Assembly (NCBI GenBank): GCA_028715115.1
Contig: JAQUSN010000001.1
Span: 191,067 to 255,066 of the forward strand
Length of the DNA: 64,000 bases
DNA from: Patescibacteria group bacterium
GTDB taxonomy: Bacteria > Patescibacteriota > Patescibacteriia > UBA2591 > UBA4787
Direction of reading: 5' to 3'
Below, one piece after another: positions 58,063 to 64,000 of the stretch. Below the pieces are notes generated by a model that saw only the letters and a list, made by a program, of their open reading frames with translations, searched no databases and had not been told where the DNA came from. Positions within the stretch are counted from its first letter, which is position 1. The number at the start of each line of letters is the position of its first letter. Made by a program: the position numbers and the translations under genes.

Positions 58063-58995
58063 ATGGATAAATTTATTGTCATCGATGGGCCAGCAGTCAT
58101 ACACCGCGCTTGGCATGCTCTGCCGAAATTAACCGATCCTCGGGGTCGTTCGGTTTCGGCTGTTTACGGCTTCATTTCTTTATTATTAAAATTAATTAGA
58201 GAGCAGCAGCCAAAATATATAGCCGTGGCCTTTGATACTAAGGCGCTAACGTTCCGCCACGAAGCTTATAAAGAATATAAAGAAGGGCGAGTCAAGCAAC
58301 CACAGGAATTTTATGATCAGTTTGCTATCATTAAAGAACTCCTGAATGCTTTTGGCATAAAATTTGTCGAGCAGCCGGGCTTTGAGGCAGATGATTTGAT
58401 CGGCACTTTAGTTGATAAATCAGACAAAGAAAACCTTATCGTTACTGGCGATCTCGACACCTTGCAATTGGTTAATTCGCAGACAAAAGTTTATTTTTTA
58501 CATAAAGGAATTTCCGACATAAAAATCTACGACCAAGAGGCGATTGAACAGCGCTATGGTTTAACGCCTCGGCAGTTAATAGACTTTAAGGCCATGCGTG
58601 GCGATCCTTCAGACAATATCGGCGGCATTAAGGGGATTGGAGAAAAAACCGCGCTAGTTTTATTACAAAAATTCGGTAGCTTAGAGAAAATTTATGAATA
58701 CTTAGAAACTTGTCAGAAAGATTGCGAAATTCGTGATTCGGTTAAAGACCTTTTAATTGAGCAAAAAGATAAAGCATTTTTTGATAAAAATTTAGTAACT
58801 ATTAAAAAAGATATGGCTGGCTATGAAGATTTAGAGCAATATAATCTCGAGCCAATGAACAAAGAAAAAATCACAGAAGTTTTAAGTCAGTTGGGCTTTA
58901 GCTCCTTAATTAAGCGCCTAGATAGTCCGCCAAAGGCGGTTAAAAAAACAAAAGAAACGCCGTCTTCGCGGCAGAGCAGCCTTTTCGATAAATAA
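58063..58995 (+). CDS. stand-alone 5'-3' exonuclease / flap endonuclease (Pol I N-terminal domain only)
   Basis: IDGPAVIHRAWHA, GFEADDLIGT, TGDLD, GDPSDNIGGIKGIGEKTA; ends RQSSLFDK. Confidence 0.92.
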   Translation: MDKFIVIDGPAVIHRAWHALPKLTDPRGRSVSAVYGFISLLLKLIREQQPKYIAVAFDTKALTFRHEAYKEYKEGRVKQPQEFYDQFAIIKELLNAFGIKFVEQPGFEADDLIGTLVDKSDKENLIVTGDLDTLQLVNSQTKVYFLHKGISDIKIYDQEAIEQRYGLTPRQLIDFKAMRGDPSDNIGGIKGIGEKTALVLLQKFGSLEKIYEYLETCQKDCEIRDSVKDLLIEQKDKAFFDKNLVTIKKDMAGYEDLEQYNLEPMNKEKITEVLSQLGFSSLIKRLDSPPKAVKKTKETPSSRQSSLFDK

Positions 58996-59007
58996 ATTAT
59001 CATCGAA

Positions 59008-59979
59008 ATGAAAATCATTCTTTACGGACCGGACACGTATCGCTCAAAACTAAAATTGGCTTATTGGCAGAGCGTTTTTGTGGCTAAAAAAGATCCGACT
59101 GGAGTTAATATGTCTATAATTGACGCTGGTCTTTTGGACGTAAATTCTTTTCGCAAATTGGTTTTATCTTCTGGTCTATTTTCTGATAAACGTCTAGTGA
59201 TTATTAATAAATTTTTTCAGAGAAACAAAGAAGAAGGGCTAGACGAAGAGGTTTTGGAATTTTTAAAGCGCTCGGGCAGAGATGAAAAAAATGATAATTC
59301 TTTGATATTTTTTGACGAAGAAGTTAAGGAGGGTAAAATGTCCAAGACCAAAAAACAGATTCTGGCTTATTTGCTTAAGCAAAAATATAGTCAAGAATTT
59401 CCACTCTTAAGCAAAGGAGACCTATCTGCTTGGGTGCAAAAACAGCTTTTAGCCCAACGCAAAAAAATAGAGCCAGCTGCGATTTCCTATTTAGTTAAAG
59501 AGGTCGGACCTGATTTATGGCGCTTAACCAACGAAATTAATAAATTAATTGCCAGTCCAGAGAAAATCGTTGTCCTGGACTTAGTTAAAAAATTTGTTCC
59601 GCCACAACCGGAAGAGGAGATTTGGCCCCTAGTTGACGCCCTGGGAGATAAAAATAAAATTAAAGCCTTGAAATTATTGCGCGACCAGTTGGATATTGGT
59701 AATGATGTTTTTTCTATTTTTGGTATGCTGGTTCGCCAGTATCGGATACTTATATTGGCACGTGAAGCAATTGATCAAGAAGGGTTCGTTAATGGGTTTG
59801 CATTGGCCAAGCGGTTAGGTCTTCATCCCTTTGTTTGCCAAAAGGCCATTCGTCAGATTAAAAACTACAATTTAATTGAACTTAAAAAAATATATCAGCA
59901 ACTTTTACAGATTGATTTAAAAACAAAAACATCTCCGGTTGACCCAGAGACGTTATTGGACTTATTGATAATTAAGTAA
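59008..59979 (+). CDS. holA: DNA polymerase III delta subunit
   Basis: ILYGPD, GLFSDKRLVII, DLWRLTNEINKL, LGLHPFV, IDLKTKT. Confidence 0.9.
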   Translation: MKIILYGPDTYRSKLKLAYWQSVFVAKKDPTGVNMSIIDAGLLDVNSFRKLVLSSGLFSDKRLVIINKFFQRNKEEGLDEEVLEFLKRSGRDEKNDNSLIFFDEEVKEGKMSKTKKQILAYLLKQKYSQEFPLLSKGDLSAWVQKQLLAQRKKIEPAAISYLVKEVGPDLWRLTNEINKLIASPEKIVVLDLVKKFVPPQPEEEIWPLVDALGDKNKIKALKLLRDQLDIGNDVFSIFGMLVRQYRILILAREAIDQEGFVNGFALAKRLGLHPFVCQKAIRQIKNYNLIELKKIYQQLLQIDLKTKTSPVDPETLLDLLIIK

Positions 59980-60237
59980 TTATTTTGTTTTCATTCTTTT
60001 GGCTAGACGAGATTTTTTGCGACTAGCATTATTTTTTTTGATCAAATTGACTTTGACTGCCTTATCTAAAGATTTTTGTAATTGAATATAAATTTTCTTG
60101 GCTTCGTTTTTGTCTTTAACTAAAGTTTTAAGGAATTTTTTTTCCAAATAATTTAAATTGGCCTTAAGGGCCTTATTATGTAGAGTTCTGGTTTTGGTCT
60201 TTCTTAATTCTTTAATAGCTGATTTTGTTTGAGCCAT
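59980..60237 (-). CDS. rpsT: 30S ribosomal protein S20
   Basis: MAQTKSAIKELRK..LDKAVK..KNNASRKKSRL. Confidence 0.95.
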   Translation of the reverse strand: MAQTKSAIKELRKTKTRTLHNKALKANLNYLEKKFLKTLVKDKNEAKKIYIQLQKSLDKAVKVNLIKKNNASRKKSRLAKRMKTK

Positions 60238-60249
60238 TTTATTTTGTTT

Positions 60250-60546
60250 TTAGAAGTTATTTTTATCCTTGTCTTCATAAAGGTCTGCTTCATGCTGGAG
60301 CATTTCTTCTTCTGCGGCAATTAGTTTGTCCCAACGATCGCGACCGTTGATTAATATATTGACTTTAGCTTTAAAATTTTCTTCAAAGGATTCAAGTCGT
60401 TTCGGATCTTTTTGGAAAACCTCTAATAATTCTTGGAGAGCTTCTTCTGGAATAACTGGTAAAAAAAGTAAAAGATCATTTTGATCTTCTGGTGAAATTG
60501 ACGATTGAGCAACCAGTTGCGATAGTTTATCCAAGATGACAGACAT
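60250..60546 (-). CDS. hypothetical acidic helical protein
   Basis: About 98-aa ORF upstream of rpsT, host-like composition. Confidence 0.7.
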   Translation of the reverse strand: MSVILDKLSQLVAQSSISPEDQNDLLLFLPVIPEEALQELLEVFQKDPKRLESFEENFKAKVNILINGRDRWDKLIAAEEEMLQHEADLYEDKDKNNF

Positions 60547-60574
60547 AATCAAGGAAGAGAAAATTAATCTATTT

Positions 60575-60754
60575 TTAGAAGTTTATATCTTTAGACCATT
60601 CTTGGGCCACGGTTTGTCCATATCTTCTGTATAAAGCTCTGATTCCCGACCACTTTATTTCTGTTGGGGTGGTGCCTCGTTCGGCGCTAACAATTTGGCC
60701 GATTCGTTGGTCAAGACCTTCTCTTCCTCCTTCTTGTTCAAATGGTTTTTCCAT
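60575..60754 (-). CDS. 59-aa hypothetical protein (below the track cutoff)
   Basis: GGAGG SD; MEKPFEQEGGREGLDQRIGQIVSAERGTTPTEIKWSGIRALYRRYGQTVAQEWSKDINF; TTGACT..TATAAT upstream. Confidence 0.6.
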   Translation of the reverse strand: MEKPFEQEGGREGLDQRIGQIVSAERGTTPTEIKWSGIRALYRRYGQTVAQEWSKDINF

Positions 60755-60898
60755 AGTTTTTCGGCCTCCGTTAATTTATTAATAAATATATTATACACTA
60801 ATTTAAAAATTAGTCAAGGGTTCGACCTTGTGGAAATCTAATTTTATTATATACTAAAAAGTATTAAAGTTAAATTTTAAAAGGGGATAAAAATAAGT

Positions 60899-61468
60899 AT
60901 GATTTATTATATTGAAGGCCAGGTCAAACAAAAAGGCGATAATTATCTGGTTATTGATAGCGGTAGTTTGGGCTATCAAATTTTTGTTAATGATTTTTTA
61001 CTAAATAAAGCTAAATTAAATGAATTGATCAAGATTTTTACGCATTTTCACGTTTACGAAGAAACCCTTCAATTATACGGCTTTGAAACAGAAGAAGAGC
61101 TATCTTTCTTTAAAAAATTAAACAATATTCCCAATATCGGCCCTAAGTCGGCCAACAATATTTTATCGGCGATTAAATTATCTGATTTAAAGCGAGCAAT
61201 TATTAATGAAGACATGGAAGCGTTAAATAAGGTTTCCGGTATCGGTAAAAAAACCGCCGAAAGAATTATTATTGAATTAAAAGATAAAATTAATGACGTG
61301 ACCTCTTCTACTGCGACCGGAAAAGACGACAGCGATGTCATTGATGGACTGATAAGCCTGGGATACACGCTGAAAGATTCTCGCGTGGCGATTAAAAAAA
61401 TTCCGGAAAGCGTCAAGGGCGCTAACGAACGGCTTAAACAAGCGCTTAAAATTTTATCTGGTAAATAA
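60899..61468 (+). CDS. ruvA: Holliday junction branch migration protein RuvA
   Basis: LYGF, IGPKSA, VSGIGKKTAERIIIELK, LISLGY. Confidence 0.96.
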   Translation: MIYYIEGQVKQKGDNYLVIDSGSLGYQIFVNDFLLNKAKLNELIKIFTHFHVYEETLQLYGFETEEELSFFKKLNNIPNIGPKSANNILSAIKLSDLKRAIINEDMEALNKVSGIGKKTAERIIIELKDKINDVTSSTATGKDDSDVIDGLISLGYTLKDSRVAIKKIPESVKGANERLKQALKILSGK

Positions 61469-61478
61469 CAAATAATTT

Positions 61479-62312
61479 ATGAAAGCAGTCGTAGCTTTAG
61501 CCGGTTTTGGTACTCGGCTTTTGCCATTAACCAAGGCGCAACCCAAGGCGATGTTAAGCGTGGCCGATCGGCCACTCGTTCATTATATTGTCGAAGAAAT
61601 AGTTAATAGCGGTATTAAAGAAATTATTTTTATCATTAATCGCCGCGATAATTCGATAAAGCGCTATTTCGCTCGTGATAAAAATTTGGAAAAAGTTTTA
61701 AAAAGTACCGGCAAAGATGAATTAGCCCGACAGTTAAAAAAGATTTCTAAAATGGCTAAATTTCATTTTGTTTACCAACCGAAACCACTGGGAACCGGTG
61801 ACGCGATTTTAATGGTTAAACGACTGATTGGCAATAAACACTTTGCCCTTTTATACGGCGATGATTTAATTGATTGTGTTACGCCGTGTTTAAAACAATT
61901 AGTTAATGTATATAAAAAATATCGCGGTTCAGTGATTGCTGTTAGAAAAGTGCCGCACAGAGATGTTTATCGCTGGGGCATTATTGATGGCAAAAAGATT
62001 GGTGACAGAAATTATCGTTTGAGCAATATTATTGAAAAACCCAAAATAGAAGAAGCGCCGACCAATCTCTCGATTATTGGCCGCTATATTCTTTCGCCAC
62101 AAATTTTTAAAAATTTATCTTTACTTAAACGCCGACAATCGTTTACCACCGGCAAGAAAGAGCTTTACGTGACCGATGGCATTAAAATGCTTTTAGATCA
62201 TAGGTGTCCAGTTTATGCTTGTGAATTTAAGGGTCAACGCTTTGATGGAGGTAGCCACAAAGGATTAGTTGAGGCCACTATTTTCTATAGCCGCAAACAT
62301 AATATTATTTAA
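61479..62312 (+). CDS. galU: UTP--glucose-1-phosphate uridylyltransferase
   Basis: AGFGTRLLPLTKAQPKAML, QPKPLGTGDA, IEKP, IIGRYIL. Confidence 0.88.
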   Translation: MKAVVALAGFGTRLLPLTKAQPKAMLSVADRPLVHYIVEEIVNSGIKEIIFIINRRDNSIKRYFARDKNLEKVLKSTGKDELARQLKKISKMAKFHFVYQPKPLGTGDAILMVKRLIGNKHFALLYGDDLIDCVTPCLKQLVNVYKKYRGSVIAVRKVPHRDVYRWGIIDGKKIGDRNYRLSNIIEKPKIEEAPTNLSIIGRYILSPQIFKNLSLLKRRQSFTTGKKELYVTDGIKMLLDHRCPVYACEFKGQRFDGGSHKGLVEATIFYSRKHNII

Positions 62313-62333
62313 TTTGTTATACATAAAAAAATC

Positions 62334-62900
62334 ATGAAAAAAAAGAGTAAAAATTTTTGGGGTCAGATAACTAATTTAGATGGCAATGAACTAGAGAAAA
62401 GCAGTGAAAAAGTAGAAATTTCTACTGAATCAGCGCCTATTAAGGAAAAAATAAAAGCATTAAAAGAGACGGTAATTGAGTCAGAAGCTAAACAAGAAAA
62501 GCCAAAAAATAAAATTAAAAAAGAAATAATTAAAAAAGAGGAGCTGGAAGAGCAGTGGCTGCCGGAAGGAGACGAAATAACTGGGCAATTGTCGGTTGAT
62601 CTTTATGATGGCGGCGACTCATTGATTGTTGAATCAACCATTGCCGGAGTCAAACCGGAAGATATTGATATAAGCGTGGAGCCGGATTTAATCACCATTC
62701 GCGGCAGCAGAAAAAGAGACAAGCAGATTAATAAGAAGAATTATTTTTATCAAGAGTGTTTTTGGGGTGGCTTCTCGCGAACTATGGTTTTACCGACGCC
62801 GGTCAAGCCTGACGGAGTAAGGGCTAATATTAAAAATGGCATTTTAACTGTGATTTTGCCCAAAGCCCAAGAAAAACCAACCAACATAAAGGTAAAATAA
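62334..62900 (+). CDS. Hsp20/alpha-crystallin small heat shock protein
   Basis: GQLSVD, AGVKPEDIDI, ECFWGGFSR, NGILTVILPK. Confidence 0.93.
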   Translation: MKKKSKNFWGQITNLDGNELEKSSEKVEISTESAPIKEKIKALKETVIESEAKQEKPKNKIKKEIIKKEELEEQWLPEGDEITGQLSVDLYDGGDSLIVESTIAGVKPEDIDISVEPDLITIRGSRKRDKQINKKNYFYQECFWGGFSRTMVLPTPVKPDGVRANIKNGILTVILPKAQEKPTNIKVK

Positions 62901-63118
62901 TTTATAAGGGGAAGGGAAGAGGGCTTTAAATCAAGAAAAACATTAATGTACCGTCATTATGGGCGGCTTTTATTTTACCCCGTAAAAGATTTGTTTTGTC
63001 GAGCTCAGCGATTAAATAATCTTGAGTGCAAAACCTTATTTTTTTAAAAAATTAACCCCTCAACTCTTTAACCAGGCATGCTTGCCAAATCCTATAATTT
63101 TGCTAAAATCTGAGGCAT

Positions 63119-64000
63119 ATGAAATTAATCGACCATCTTGATTTAATTGAATTGGCTGAGAAGGATCCAATAAAATATCTATCTTCTCCGTCATTTCAAA
63201 GCCGCTTTAAACAATGGCTTAAAAAGTTGTTGTTATTTTTACTTATTGTTTTCTTGATTTTTGTCGGAGCTTTTTTGGCTTATCAGCGAACTTATGCTGG
63301 TCGGGTTTTTCCGGGCGTTTATTTGGGTAAAACTTTGGTGGGCGGCATGAACGAGCAAGAGCTTAAAGATAAAATTGAGCCGGTTATTAATCAAGTTGAG
63401 AACAAAGGACTGATTTTTATCGGCCAAAGCGTCAAAGGCAAGAAAGAAGTGGCCGTTAAGTCGGTTTTAATTGCCGTTAATGACCCTGATCTTTCCCGCA
63501 GAGTCATTACTTTTGATCTAGATGATATTTTACAGCAAGCCATGGCCGTCGGCAGGCACGGATCTATCTTCCAAAGAATTGGCGACGTGTTAATAGCTCA
63601 GGCCAACGGTTATCATCTAGAGGCCGCAGTGCAAATTGATGAGCAAGAGCTAAAAAATAATTTAAAAGATAATTTAAAAGATTTAGAACAGGACTCTAAT
63701 GACGCTTCGTTTCAATTAGCCAAAAGCGGAGACATAAAAATAATTGAAGATCAAGCTGGATATTTTTTTGATTTAGCTACGGCCATTGAGCAGGTAAAAA
63801 ATAACCTTGAGCAAACAGACGCCAGTCCGATTGAAATAAAATTAATTAATTTTGCTCCGACGATAAGAACTAGCGATATTGAGAAGATGGAGCCAAAAAT
63901 TCATGAGGCCCTAGATTCAGCGCCCTTGACGCTTCGTTATCAGGATCAAAAATGGCCGGTCAGTAAAAATTTACTTAGCCAGTGGCTGACCTTTAAAAAA
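63119..64000 (+). CDS. membrane-anchored YoaR/VanW-like peptidoglycan-binding protein (5' part)
   Basis: Manual translation: TM followed by YAGRVFPGVYLGKTLVGGM; open to the window end. Confidence 0.75.
   Translation, partial: MKLIDHLDLIELAEKDPIKYLSSPSFQSRFKQWLKKLLLFLLIVFLIFVGAFLAYQRTYAGRVFPGVYLGKTLVGGMNEQELKDKIEPVINQVENKGLIFIGQSVKGKKEVAVKSVLIAVNDPDLSRRVITFDLDDILQQAMAVGRHGSIFQRIGDVLIAQANGYHLEAAVQIDEQELKNNLKDNLKDLEQDSNDASFQLAKSGDIKIIEDQAGYFFDLATAIEQVKNNLEQTDASPIEIKLINFAPTIRTSDIEKMEPKIHEALDSAPLTLRYQDQKWPVSKNLLSQWLTFKK

Overview
Low-GC chromosomal segment of a reduced-genome bacterium. Gene content and compact protein forms (1069-aa RpoB, AspRS without the GAD insert, stand-alone 5'-3' exonuclease, archaeal-type Cmk, tRNA-Ile(UAU), tRNA-Arg(UCG)) point to Patescibacteria/CPR, Parcubacteria-like; this assignment is an inference. 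The code is standard (TGA ends core genes such as tig and nifU). Core content: rpoBC, rpsA, ftsH, dnaN, HU, pilT-like, efp, rpsR-ssb-rpsF, recA, ftsX, aspS, rpmA, mraY, nusA, tig, secDF, cca, rluA-like, cmk, rplS, ftsW, recX, holA, rpsT, ruvA, galU, hsp20 and 11 tRNAs. Two layers are not explained by this annotation. (1) About 15 self-contained, mostly GC-rich orphan single-gene units are scattered between core genes and packed in tandem at 47.3-51.8 kb. Each has a TTGACA-type promoter (several share spacer sequence) and a strong GGAG(G) Shine-Dalgarno, which nearly all core genes lack; most have a GC hairpin terminator. Several appear to be decaying (ATA start, in-frame TGA/TAG). (2) Short palindromic elements insert, often nested, into hairpin loops, into duplicated tRNA fragments and in frame into a protein gene. 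The clearest cases are a tRNA-Ile(UAU) flanked by inverted repeats that sits inside the anticodon loop of a split tRNA copy preceded by two more 5' halves, and a tRNA-Ser 3' duplicate interrupted twice by nested palindromes. No transposase, integrase, CRISPR array or rRNA is visible in the window.
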